IMG/VR virus record: IMGVR_UViG_3300037230_000036
Coordinates: 1 to 64,000 of that record
DNA from: a virus
Reading direction: 5' to 3' (one strand)
DNA: 64,000 nt
This document shows positions 8,039-17,406 of this stretch, piece after piece. The notes below the pieces were generated by a model that was given only the letters and a program-made list of their open reading frames with translations, did no database searches and was not told the origin of the DNA. Within the stretch, counting starts at the first letter, position 1. The number at the start of each line of letters is the position of its first letter. A program made the translations under genes and the position numbers.

Positions 8039-11000
8039 ATGAGCGGCGGCAGTTCCGGCGGTACGACCACCACCACGAGTCAGCCACCCGCCGCGGTCCA
8101 ACAGGCCTATGGCGAGCTGACCAATGCCGCCTTCAACCAGTCGCAGCAGCCTCTCAGTCAGTATTCCGGAAGCTTGGTTGCCGGTTTTACGCCGCAGCAG
8201 CAGCAGGGTTTCCAGACCGTCGCGAACTCGGCGGGCGTCGCCGACCCCTACATCAACTCGGCGGCGCAGGAGTTCGGGTCCGCGACGACCCCGCTCTACG
8301 ACACGGTGCAGAATTACGAGAGCCCCTACACCACCGATGTCACGAATGCGACCCAATCCCTCTTCAACCAGCAGAACGCGACCCAGCTGCAGCAGGTGCA
8401 GGGGCAGGCGACGCAGGCCGGAGCCTATGGCGGCGACCGCGAGGCTGTGGCGCAGGCGTTGACGGCGCAGCAGCAGCAGCTCGCCGAGGCTCCGACCCTC
8501 GCAAACACGGAGCAGCAGGGCTACCAGACCGCGCTTTCGGCGGACGAGGCACAGGGCTGGCTCGGTAGCCAAGCCGGGTTCGGGATGTCGTCGCTCGGCA
8601 CCGAGGCGCAGAACACCGCGCTCACCGGGGCCTCCGCGAACATCTCGGCCGGCGGGATGCAGCAGCAGCTCGCGCAGGAAGAGCTCAACGTCCCCTACGA
8701 GGAGTACACGCAGCAACAAGCCTACCCCTACCAGCAGCTTCAGTTCCTGGCCCCCATTGTCGAGGGCACCGGGTCGCTGTCGGGCGGCACTGGCACGACA
8801 ACGACGCCGGCCCCGAGCACGCTGTCGCAGCTCGGCGGTCTCGGGATGGCCGGGCTCGGGGCCTACGGGCTCTACAACAGCGCAACGAGCGGAGCGAGCA
8901 CGGGTGCCGGCGTCGCGGCCGACTATGCGGATGCTGATTTCGGCAGCAAGAAAGGTGGCCGGATCGGCTTCGCGGGCGGCGGCGCTCCGATGACGAACAA
9001 CGGGATGGTGCCGAACCTATCGATCTCGGTGATCCCGCCGACCCAGATGTTGCCGGCGAACCCGTCATCGCCGATGTCGCCGTTCGCGCCGGTGACGACG
9101 CAGAGCAGCACCGCCGCCAGTTCCGGCATCCTCGGCGATCTCGGTCCGCTGGTGCAGATCGCGGGCCTCGCATCGAAGTTCCTGAAATCTGGTGGTCGGA
9201 TCAGTTTCCAGGATGGTGGCACCACGCTTCTCACACCGCAGACGACGTCGACGACATACGGCCTCCCGGCGGTTCCGCAGATCAGCATCGGGCAGATCAT
9301 CCAGCCGGCGACCGGCCCTGCGATCAAGGGCAGCGGTCCGCCGCATCCGCCGGCCGCGGCGCCAGCCGATAACCCGGAAAAGGATGCCTCCGGGCTCGTC
9401 TCCGGGATGCAGTCGCTGGAGAAATCCGGCCTCCTCGGTTCCGGGAACACTGCGGGTTCGGGCAGCAAAGCCGGGGGCCGGCTCGGCTTCCAGGACGGTG
9501 GGGAGTCGCTGGGGCCGTCGACGGGGACGATCGAGGGGGCGTCACCGAACACGCAGAACTATTTCCAGCAGCTCATGCAGATGTCGACCGAGCAGCTGCA
9601 GGAGCTGTCGGTGCGGATGCCGCCGAGTTCGCCCTACGGGGCTATGGTACAGCGCGCGCTGGCATCGAAGCGGATGAACCCCAGCAGCGCGGCGACGCCA
9701 TCGCCGAGTTACGCGCAGGGGGCGCAGCAACCCTCGGGGGCCGGCACCGTTCCGGGGATCTCTGCGCCCGCCCAGGCGGCCACACCGACCGCCGGCACCA
9801 CGCTCGCGGACGGCGGGATAGCATCGGGCATCGCGGTGCCCTCGGTTTCGGAAAGTGAGATCGATCCGGTTCCGGTTGTCGATCACAGCGGCGATACCGT
9901 GAAGATCCGGTATCCGTCGGAAGGGAAGACCCTCGACCTCGGGCTCCCGTCGATTCGTCCGCGGTCGCCGGGGTTCGCCGCTGGGGGATCGCCGGGGCCG
10001 GCCAGCGCATCATCGACATTTACGGCGCCCCCGCTGTCCTCGTTCTACGCCAACCCGTCGGCGAGCGGATACCAGTGGAACCTGCCGAGCCCGACTGGGA
10101 CCGGGGCCAACGCGGCGTCACCCGCGAATTTCCCATCGACGACGCAAGCCGGGTCGCCGGCGGGGATGTCATTTCTACAGGCACCGAACGGGGTCGCTAT
10201 CCCGCAGCTCAACGCGAACACGTTGACCGGCGGTCCCGGCGTCGGCGGCAATCCAGCCGTCGCGGCCGGGGGTGGTCTTGCTGGCTGGAACCAGCCGTTG
10301 GCGCAGTTGCCAAACCCCGGCGGTTCCCCGGTGACGACGCCGCCGCTCAATTTCGGCACACCGAGCCTCAACGGTATTGCGGCGACTACGACGCCGGGGG
10401 CAACGACGATCGCCATTGATCCTGAAATTGAGGCCGTGGAAAATTCTCCAAGCGGGGGCAGCAAGCGCGGTGGCCGCACCGGGTTCCAGGATGGCGGCGA
10501 TGCGGCTGGGCTTGGGGTTGACGACGGCACGGATGCCGGGGGCGGAGCGGCTCTGTTCCCTCCCGACGACCAGGTGCAGACCGACGTCTTCGCGCTTCCC
10601 AGCATCGGCCTCGGGACCCCCGCCGGGAGTACGAATTTCGCACCGCCATCGGGGCCGAAGTTCGCCCCCTCGTTCGGAATGGGTGATCCGGCTTCGGCCC
10701 TCGTGTCCGGGGCCAAGACGCTGGCGAGCGAAGCGACGACGCCCGACATGCCGGCCGGGTCGCCGAATACCTACGAGCCGCCGTTTACGCCGAAGCCGCT
10801 ACCGCCGATGCCGTCCAAATCGTCGGTGCCCGCCGCTGCGGCACCGGATACGACGGCACCGGATACGACGAAGGACGGGATGGTGTCCGGGTTGCCGAAG
10901 CCAGGCGCGGCTCCCGCGCCGGACCTCTTTGCGCCCGCAGCCGGGGATGCCGGGCTTGGTCTCCGCGACACCGGCTCGCCGGCAACATCAGCCGGTCCAG

Positions 11001-12967
11001 GTCAGGGTCCCGCGCCGAAGGATGCCGCCCCGGCCCCGATCTACGCCACCGGCGATAGTCACGCATGGGGTCTCATCGCGCATGGCGGCCTTCAGGGAAC
11101 GACCAGTGCGACGCCGCTTGACCCGAATGTCGACGGCTCGATCGGTCGGTCGCCGCGCGCTGAGTACGACTACATCACCTCGCGACCAGAGGGATATTGG
11201 AAAGGCAAGAGCGTCGTCTTGTCGACGGGCGTCGCCAACGATCCCTCCCAGGTTGATCTGGTGCCGTGGCAGATATCGGCGCTCAAGGAGCGCGGGGCGA
11301 GCGTGACTGGAATCGCTGGTTTCACCAAGACCGGCGCCAAGGGAACCGACATGACCCCTGTTGCGGCGCAGATCGACAAGATCGCTGGAGACGCCGGGAT
11401 ACCGTTCGGCGGTATTTGGCAACAGGATGTGAGGCCACAGGACCCGGTGCATCTGACGAACACCGGATATCAGAAGGTTGGTCAATGGTTTCAGGGAACG
11501 CCCGAGGCATCGGGGGTTTCCGCTCAACCGGCAGTACCGCCCCAAGGAAGTGCAGCAGAACAGCAGACCGCCGCGAGCACCGCAACGGGACCGATCGCAG
11601 ATTATATTCGCCAAGGATCCATTGCACGCGGTCTCGATCCTACGCTCGCGGAAAAAACGGTGGGGTCAGAAGGTGGCTTCGGAGCGTTCAAACTCGGGGA
11701 TAGTGGATCGTCGGGGGGTGCCTTCCAACTTCACCTCGACGATCCGAGTCGTCCGGGCCAGGGAACGTCGCTGGGTGACCAGTTCTACCGCGATACCGGC
11801 AAAAATCCGCTGGACCCCGCGAACCACCTCGCCACCATCGACTATTCACTCGACTACGCGAAGGCGCATGGGGGCACCTTTGATCCGAACATCTGGCACG
11901 GGTTGCGCAGCGGCAATCTTGTCGCTGGCGGAGGTTTGCAGCTTGGCCAACGCGCGGTGGGCGCAGGGGGCGGCGCACCTGCGGACCAGGTCGTTACCGG
12001 AGGGGCCGCCACTCCGCAGCAGCAGGCGACGGAGATCGGCAATCGCGCGCTCTCACAGGTGCCGCCGGAGCACCAGAGCGCGATGCGGCAGTGGATGCAG
12101 TCACCGTACTACATGGCATTCCTCACCGGGGCCGGCATGCTGGCGTCGCGGTCGCCGTATCCTGGGGTCGCGCTGGGCCAAGGGCTCGAGCTCGCGGCGA
12201 AGGGGATGCAGACGGAGGAGGCGCAGGACAATAAGCAGCAGCTCGCCGAGGCGCAGGTGCTCCGGCAGTCCGACCTCAACGATTACCGGATGCAGCGCGC
12301 CGGCGATCAGCACCAGGCCGCACTCAACACGGCAGCCAACAACACGCAGATGATGCAGTACCGCTACGACAACCTGCAGCGTCAAATCCAGCAGGGCAAC
12401 GACACGCTCGCGCTGCGGCAGGAGATCGCCACCACCTCGGCCGGAGTGCAGGCGTCCAAGCTCGAGGAGCAGCGCATCCGTGACCAAGCGACCCGGGATT
12501 ACCACACCGCCATCGCAAACCGGCCTCCTCCCGGCCTCGCCGTCATCCAGGCGCTGATGAACGACCCCAACGATCCGAACCGGCCGACCACGGTCGCCGA
12601 GGCACAACAGCGGCTGACGGCGGCGAAGGCGAATCCGGATGCCGCAGCCAAGCTCAACCTCTCGATCGAAACACAGGCGCGAACCTGGACGACCGAAGAC
12701 CAGCACGCATTCATGATGGACCCCTCGAACATCGGCCGCAGCTTCGATGCCAACGGGGCCTACCGGCAGCACCTCGACACGCTCAAGGGTGGGCTCGGGG
12801 TTACGCCTCAGCCGGGAGCGCCAGCCACTCAACCGACCCCGCAGGCAGCCGCGCCCTCAGGTCCGCCTCAGGCCGCCGTCAGCGCACTACAAGCTCATCC
12901 GGAAATGCGCGGGCAGTTCGACGCGAAGTACGGGGCCGGGGCTTCGTCGCAGTATCTCGGGCAGTAG
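8039..12967 (+). CDS. Large internal virion / DNA ejection protein with SGNH-hydrolase and lysozyme-like domains
   Basis: Gln/Ala-rich pilot-like N-terminus; GDSH...GVAND...DPVH (SGNH); EGG...GDSGSSGGAFQLH (lysozyme/transglycosylase-like); C-terminal FDAKYGAGA motif. Confidence 0.75.
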   Translation: MSGGSSGGTTTTTSQPPAAVQQAYGELTNAAFNQSQQPLSQYSGSLVAGFTPQQQQGFQTVANSAGVADPYINSAAQEFGSATTPLYDTVQNYESPYTTDVTNATQSLFNQQNATQLQQVQGQATQAGAYGGDREAVAQALTAQQQQLAEAPTLANTEQQGYQTALSADEAQGWLGSQAGFGMSSLGTEAQNTALTGASANISAGGMQQQLAQEELNVPYEEYTQQQAYPYQQLQFLAPIVEGTGSLSGGTGTTTTPAPSTLSQLGGLGMAGLGAYGLYNSATSGASTGAGVAADYADADFGSKKGGRIGFAGGGAPMTNNGMVPNLSISVIPPTQMLPANPSSPMSPFAPVTTQSSTAASSGILGDLGPLVQIAGLASKFLKSGGRISFQDGGTTLLTPQTTSTTYGLPAVPQISIGQIIQPATGPAIKGSGPPHPPAAAPADNPEKDASGLVSGMQSLEKSGLLGSGNTAGSGSKAGGRLGFQDGGESLGPSTGTIEGASPNTQNYFQQLMQMSTEQLQELSVRMPPSSPYGAMVQRALASKRMNPSSAATPSPSYAQGAQQPSGAGTVPGISAPAQAATPTAGTTLADGGIASGIAVPSVSESEIDPVPVVDHSGDTVKIRYPSEGKTLDLGLPSIRPRSPGFAAGGSPGPASASSTFTAPPLSSFYANPSASGYQWNLPSPTGTGANAASPANFPSTTQAGSPAGMSFLQAPNGVAIPQLNANTLTGGPGVGGNPAVAAGGGLAGWNQPLAQLPNPGGSPVTTPPLNFGTPSLNGIAATTTPGATTIAIDPEIEAVENSPSGGSKRGGRTGFQDGGDAAGLGVDDGTDAGGGAALFPPDDQVQTDVFALPSIGLGTPAGSTNFAPPSGPKFAPSFGMGDPASALVSGAKTLASEATTPDMPAGSPNTYEPPFTPKPLPPMPSKSSVPAAAAPDTTAPDTTKDGMVSGLPKPGAAPAPDLFAPAAGDAGLGLRDTGSPATSAGPGQGPAPKDAAPAPIYATGDSHAWGLIAHGGLQGTTSATPLDPNVDGSIGRSPRAEYDYITSRPEGYWKGKSVVLSTGVANDPSQVDLVPWQISALKERGASVTGIAGFTKTGAKGTDMTPVAAQIDKIAGDAGIPFGGIWQQDVRPQDPVHLTNTGYQKVGQWFQGTPEASGVSAQPAVPPQGSAAEQQTAASTATGPIADYIRQGSIARGLDPTLAEKTVGSEGGFGAFKLGDSGSSGGAFQLHLDDPSRPGQGTSLGDQFYRDTGKNPLDPANHLATIDYSLDYAKAHGGTFDPNIWHGLRSGNLVAGGGLQLGQRAVGAGGGAPADQVVTGGAATPQQQATEIGNRALSQVPPEHQSAMRQWMQSPYYMAFLTGAGMLASRSPYPGVALGQGLELAAKGMQTEEAQDNKQQLAEAQVLRQSDLNDYRMQRAGDQHQAALNTAANNTQMMQYRYDNLQRQIQQGNDTLALRQEIATTSAGVQASKLEEQRIRDQATRDYHTAIANRPPPGLAVIQALMNDPNDPNRPTTVAEAQQRLTAAKANPDAAAKLNLSIETQARTWTTEDQHAFMMDPSNIGRSFDANGAYRQHLDTLKGGLGVTPQPGAPATQPTPQAAAPSGPPQAAVSALQAHPEMRGQFDAKYGAGASSQYLGQ

Positions 12968-12973
12968 CCGGCT

Positions 12974-13423
12974 TTAGGACGCTCGCCAGTTCCAGAATCC
13001 CTGTGCACCCCGCGCGGGAGCCGGAATGTCGAACCGTTCGATCTCCGTCAGCGGCCACGCATATTTCGAATGATCGACGCGGTCGCTGTCGAGAAATCCC
13101 GGCGCGTGGGAACGCAGCCAATCCATGACGGGGATCGGTTCGCCGACGATCGCCGTTCCGAGCACCGATGACAGCGGCCAGGAAAGCCGGTGAACGCCGG
13201 TCAACAGCGGTCGCGCGATCTCCCCGACCAGCGAGGTTTCGGCGTCATCGATCCGGCTGATGATGTCGGCGATCTCGTACGGCTTAACGGCCCGCGAACC
13301 GGCGTGGATCGCGATACGCTGCCCCTGGACATATTTCGGACATGGCCAGCCTCGCCACTCGACCGGCTTTGCGCCGGCCATAATAAGCGTCGCCCAGGGT
13401 TGCCAAATCGTCAGGGCCTTCAT
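12974..13423 (-). CDS. ASCH domain protein
   Basis: MKALTIWQPWA..I..G.K.VE.R.W, IAIHAG, PARGAQGFW. Confidence 0.9.
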   Translation of the reverse strand: MKALTIWQPWATLIMAGAKPVEWRGWPCPKYVQGQRIAIHAGSRAVKPYEIADIISRIDDAETSLVGEIARPLLTGVHRLSWPLSSVLGTAIVGEPIPVMDWLRSHAPGFLDSDRVDHSKYAWPLTEIERFDIPAPARGAQGFWNWRAS

Positions 13424-14151
13424 GCTGCAAGCGCTGGCGGGAAGTGCTTGTGCTCGACCCCGTCGACCAGACAGCCGGAATCCTTGCCGCGCCGGCCGCC
13501 GTTCTGCTTGTGGTGGAAGGTGATGTCATTCCGCGCGCACTGATCCCGCAGGGAGCGCACGGCATCCATGTCGAGCGGGCGAAATCCGGCCCCGCTCTCG
13601 CCGCCCGAGATGATCCAATCAGGCTTCGCGTTGCCGATATCGATATGCCCAAGCAGGGGCTCAGCCGAGACGCCGTGCCACGCCGCCGGCACCGCCATCA
13701 GCTTGTGGAAGTCGCGATCCCAAACCTCTTGGTTTTCGAGGGTGGACATAAGCCCAGCGTTCGCGAAGGGCCAATCGGCGGGCAGCATCTTCGGCGCGTT
13801 GCCGATCCGCTTCGTCAACAATATCCACCGTAAGTTTGGCGTCTCGCGGAGAAGCTGCCACAGGTCATCACGCCATGCTTGCTCGACTTCGTTGTCGAAA
13901 ACGTCAGCGAGGGAGGCGCAGAAAACACGAGGACGATATCCGGTAAGCGCGGCCTTCCGGTTCCATTTTAGCGGATCTCTCCAGGTCTTGGTACGGATGC
14001 GAACTTCTCCTGGTCCCCATATCACTCTGCCGTAGCGGTCCTGCATCAGCGCCCGCGCATAGCACTTGTCACAGGCTGGCGAGACGGCGGTACATCCGAT
14101 CCAGGGGTTGAACGTGGCGTCTGTCCAGGATATCGCCGATGCCTCCGCCAT
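13420..14151 (-). CDS. DUF5131 / phage Gp37-Gp68 radical-SAM-like protein
   Basis: ISWTDATFNPWIGCT.VSPACDKCYA, VFCASLADVF, LLTKR, SAEPLLG, WIISGGESG. Confidence 0.9.
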   Translation of the reverse strand: MAEASAISWTDATFNPWIGCTAVSPACDKCYARALMQDRYGRVIWGPGEVRIRTKTWRDPLKWNRKAALTGYRPRVFCASLADVFDNEVEQAWRDDLWQLLRETPNLRWILLTKRIGNAPKMLPADWPFANAGLMSTLENQEVWDRDFHKLMAVPAAWHGVSAEPLLGHIDIGNAKPDWIISGGESGAGFRPLDMDAVRSLRDQCARNDITFHHKQNGGRRGKDSGCLVDGVEHKHFPPALAA

Positions 14152-14169
14152 ATTGCGCTCTCCGTTTTT

Positions 14170-14556
14170 GTGACCCATATGCGTATCACACATCCGCGCC
14201 CTGTGCTACAAGGTCGGCGTGGTCACGTACCGGGGATCGGGCAGTTGCAGCATCGCTTCGTCGTGAAGGCCGAAACGCACGAGGGCAATATCCTGCCGCT
14301 TCGGTATTTTCAAACCCTGGAGTCGGCGGAAAGCCACCCGGTCAAGATGTCTTTGTGGAAGCGCGTCTGGGTCGAAGAAATCGCGATGCCGGTTCCGGCA
14401 GAGCCCAGTTCACTATCTTTCCCGTGGACATCCGAGTGGCCCCACGGAAGCGCCTTCACATATATCCGCGCCGCCGATGGCCGCCGAATCATGTCCCTCC
14501 TTGGGACGGCTGAACAAAGAAAGCGGCTGGCGAAACTATTGGAGGGACTGAGATGA
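14170..14556 (+). CDS. Hypothetical protein (start uncertain)
   Basis: First ORF of a rightward chain of overlapping genes. Confidence 0.4.
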   Translation: MTHMRITHPRPVLQGRRGHVPGIGQLQHRFVVKAETHEGNILPLRYFQTLESAESHPVKMSLWKRVWVEEIAMPVPAEPSSLSFPWTSEWPHGSAFTYIRAADGRRIMSLLGTAEQRKRLAKLLEGLR

Positions 14557-14819
14557 CGAAGCTCGAAGAAGCCACCCGCGCGCTCTATCGGGCATCAACT
14601 GGGAACAACCCGCCTGACCGTGCGCCAGATGCGAAGATCGGTGAAGATGCCTCCTGGACCAAATGGTGCCGGCTGACCCGGGCGGTCGTCGAGACGCTGC
14701 GGGAGCCAACGGAAGCCATGAAGGCTGCTGCCGCTCGCATCCCTCATGCGCAGGACAAGGAAATCTACCAAGCGATGATCGACGCGATCCTGAAAGAGGC
14801 AGAGGAGGCCGGGCTGTGA
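14553..14819 (+). CDS. Hypothetical phage protein
   Basis: GGAGG RBS; LREPTEAM..A...YQAMIDA motif common in alphaproteobacterial phages. Confidence 0.65.
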   Translation: MTKLEEATRALYRASTGNNPPDRAPDAKIGEDASWTKWCRLTRAVVETLREPTEAMKAAAARIPHAQDKEIYQAMIDAILKEAEEAGL

Positions 14820-15151
14820 GCGCGGCGATCGACTGCGGCTCCTGTCACGGCTGCTGCCATCAGATCGTCCTCATCATGCCATCCGACAAGCCGCCGCCGG
14901 CAGGCTGGCGCTTGGATGTTGGTGCCCCGATGTCGATCTTGGAGCGAAAGCCGAGCGGCGCTTGCACCTATCTCGATCCCATGATCGGCTGCACGATCTA
15001 CCAGAACCGCCCCGCTATCTGCCGGGAGTTTCACTGTGGGGAATGGTTCAAGGGTACGACCGCCGATCTGAAGCGGGAAATTCTACTCGCCGGGTCGAAG
15101 GCTGACCGGGAGATGCTGGCGTCGGGCCAGAAACATGGAGAACCGAAATGA
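14816..15151 (+). CDS. YkgJ-family Cys-cluster (Zn/Fe-chelating) protein
   Basis: CGSCHGCC...CTYL...CTIYQNRPAICREFHC; GTGA overlap. Confidence 0.85.
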   Translation: MSAAIDCGSCHGCCHQIVLIMPSDKPPPAGWRLDVGAPMSILERKPSGACTYLDPMIGCTIYQNRPAICREFHCGEWFKGTTADLKREILLAGSKADREMLASGQKHGEPK

Positions 15152-15426
15152 GCGTCGTCGACGTCGTCCAGGAAACATGGCGTGCGCTCACGCCGGACGA
15201 ACGCCGCGCTATCCTCACCGGTATCCAGGCGATCTCGCCAGCATTCAACGGGGCCGGTAAAAGCGCTGCCGTTCTTTCCTATATCGACGATGCCGACGAT
15301 CTTCCGGCGGATGTCTTCGGGCGGCTCATCCTCGCGACGACCGATATAGGATTCGATCTCGACGAGTACCGTCGCACCCGCAGCATCTTGCTGACCCCAG
15401 CCGACCCAACGGGAGAGCCGAAATGA
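15148..15426 (+). CDS. Hypothetical protein
   Basis: GGAG RBS, ATGA overlap. Confidence 0.55.
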   Translation: MSVVDVVQETWRALTPDERRAILTGIQAISPAFNGAGKSAAVLSYIDDADDLPADVFGRLILATTDIGFDLDEYRRTRSILLTPADPTGEPK

Positions 15427-15716
15427 CGAAGCTGAACAAGATGGCGCTTGCCTGCATCGCGACCGGCGCGCTGGTTTTCGGTGCCGGCAACGCGCTGGCG
15501 CAAATCTCGTATGACCAATACGGCAACCGGGACGACGACTACCGCGGCACGATCACGCCAAACCCGGCGTTCGCGCCACCGCCGCCGTTCTACGTGCCGT
15601 CGCTGCCGCAGATCCCGGATGTTTCCGGCGGCGTCGGTGATGGCGGCGAACCTTATGGCTCGTCGTCGGCATCGGAGCCGACCTATCTTCCCTGCACGAT
15701 GCCGGGCTGCCGCTGA
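15423..15716 (+). CDS. Small secreted Pro-rich protein
   Basis: Sec-type signal ending ALA-Q. Confidence 0.55.
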   Translation: MTKLNKMALACIATGALVFGAGNALAQISYDQYGNRDDDYRGTITPNPAFAPPPPFYVPSLPQIPDVSGGVGDGGEPYGSSSASEPTYLPCTMPGCR

Positions 15717-15721
15717 TCCTC

Positions 15722-15916
15722 ATGAGCGAACTCGTCGGCGGCGGCACAGTCGCGGTCAGCATCCGGGGCAGAACGGTCACGCTCGAAATCGAGCTCAAGG
15801 ACACCTACGCGGCAATCGCGCTGCATGAGGAGATCACCGAGCACCTACGGGCTGGCGAGGGGCTGCGGCTTGGTCTCGGGCAGGAAAACGTCGATCCGGT
15901 GGCGGAATTATCGTGA
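15722..15916 (+). CDS. Hypothetical protein
   Basis: In operon; coding-like codon bias. Confidence 0.5.
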   Translation: MSELVGGGTVAVSIRGRTVTLEIELKDTYAAIALHEEITEHLRAGEGLRLGLGQENVDPVAELS

Positions 15917-15928
15917 TGGGCTGACCCG

Positions 15929-16825
15929 ATGCCGAACCCCTTCCGCGTCACCGGCCCCGCCGCAATCAACGTCAGCGGCGGACGCACATCTGGGATGATG
16001 CTGCACCACATCCTCGATGCTCATGACGGCAAGCTGCCCCCGGATGTGTTCGCGTTCTTCTGTAATACCGGGCGAGAGATGCCGGCGACGCTCGACTTCG
16101 TCCGCGACATGGGCGAGCGCTGGGGCGTCCATATCCAGTGGCTCGAATACCGCCGCGATCCCGAGACTGGGCGACAGTGGGCTGAGCCGGTGAGTCACAA
16201 CAGCGCCAGTCGCCATGGCGAACCCTTTGAGATGCTGGTGGGAGGAAAGGCCTTCCTCCCAAATCCGGTCACTCGCTTCTGCACGATCGAGTTAAAAATC
16301 CGGACGACGCGCCGCTGGATTGATGCCGAATTAGGCTGGTCGCGGTGGATCAGCCTCGTCGGATTCCGCGCCGACGAAATGAACCGCGTCATCCGCGCCG
16401 GTATCCGCAATGCCGCGCACAAAGAGCGTTTCCGCACCTCCTGTCCGCTCGTCAAGGCGCGGATGACAAAGGCCGCGCACATCACGCCGTTCTGGCAGGC
16501 GCAGCCGTTCGACCTGGATCTCGCCGGCTCATGGGAGGGGAATTGCGATGGCTGTTTCCTGAAGAAGCGAGCCGCGATCGAGCGGATGTTCGCGGATCAC
16601 TATGAGCGCATGACATGGTGGCCCGCGATGGAAAGCGGGCGCGGCAAGGAACTCGGCGTGAAGGTCGGAGCCCTCGATCCGACCTCCGCGCTGTTTCGGG
16701 CGGATCGGGACAGCTACCGTGAGATCGCCGAGCATGTGCGTCGGAGCCCGCGGTTGCCGGGCCTTGATCCCGATGAGTCCGGGTGGGATGTGTTCGCCGA
16801 CTGCGAGGGCGGCTGCGGGACCTGA
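15929..16825 (+). CDS. PAPS-reductase-family (adenine nucleotide alpha-hydrolase) protein
   Basis: SGGRTSG PP-loop, FCNTGRE, RFCTIELKI, GFRADE, GNCDGCFLK. Confidence 0.88.
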   Translation: MPNPFRVTGPAAINVSGGRTSGMMLHHILDAHDGKLPPDVFAFFCNTGREMPATLDFVRDMGERWGVHIQWLEYRRDPETGRQWAEPVSHNSASRHGEPFEMLVGGKAFLPNPVTRFCTIELKIRTTRRWIDAELGWSRWISLVGFRADEMNRVIRAGIRNAAHKERFRTSCPLVKARMTKAAHITPFWQAQPFDLDLAGSWEGNCDGCFLKKRAAIERMFADHYERMTWWPAMESGRGKELGVKVGALDPTSALFRADRDSYREIAEHVRRSPRLPGLDPDESGWDVFADCEGGCGT

Positions 16826-17371
16826 TCCTTCGAGCTAGATGCGCGGGTGGTGAGGGCACAGGCTCCCCCAGCCGGAGCCGGGGGAAAATCTTATGCGCGG
16901 TATGGAGCCGCGACACAGTGCGATCTGGCGCTCCCTCGCGGGACCGGACGGGCCTTGCATCGCCCGGCTTTCGGCGCTGTTCCACATAGCGGGGTGTCTT
17001 AACGGTGTCTCTGGGCAGCCGATCGCATCGACATCCCAGAGCGGCGTCTATCGGCGCCTCGCGGTTTGCGGACGCGCGTTCCCGGTAAGCCGCTAAACCC
17101 GGTTTCCGCGCGTGCGGCGCCTCGCAGGCCACCCGAGCGCTGCCCTGCGGCACACGCCCTCTGCCTCGGCTAAAGCCGCTATGACAGATCGCACGCCGGT
17201 TTTGATGAGGGAGATATTGCGGAAAGGTTGTCAGGTGCGCTTTGGCGGCGCTATAACCCCCGCAAGATCGCCGTCGCCCGAACGACATTCGATCCAGAGG
17301 GCCGGGGAGTTATCGCTCTCCGGCCTTCGCCTTTCTGATACACCTTCCGCATCTCGCGTTCAACGAAGTTC

Positions 17372-17390
17372 CGCCGTAGTATCGCCGCGC
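17372..17390 (+). promoter_or_regulatory. Repeated upstream motif CGCYGTAGTATCKCCGCGC, copy 1 (candidate late promoter -10 region)
   Basis: 17/19 identical to 28799-28817; both lie just upstream of virion genes. Confidence 0.5.
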
Positions 17391-17406
17391 GGCAACGGGG
17401 CGCTCG

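Noticed and set aside
11478-12353. Alternate-frame ORF over the lysozyme-like domain
   Set aside because: The main frame has the catalytic motifs; the lower GC3 is better explained by recent acquisition.
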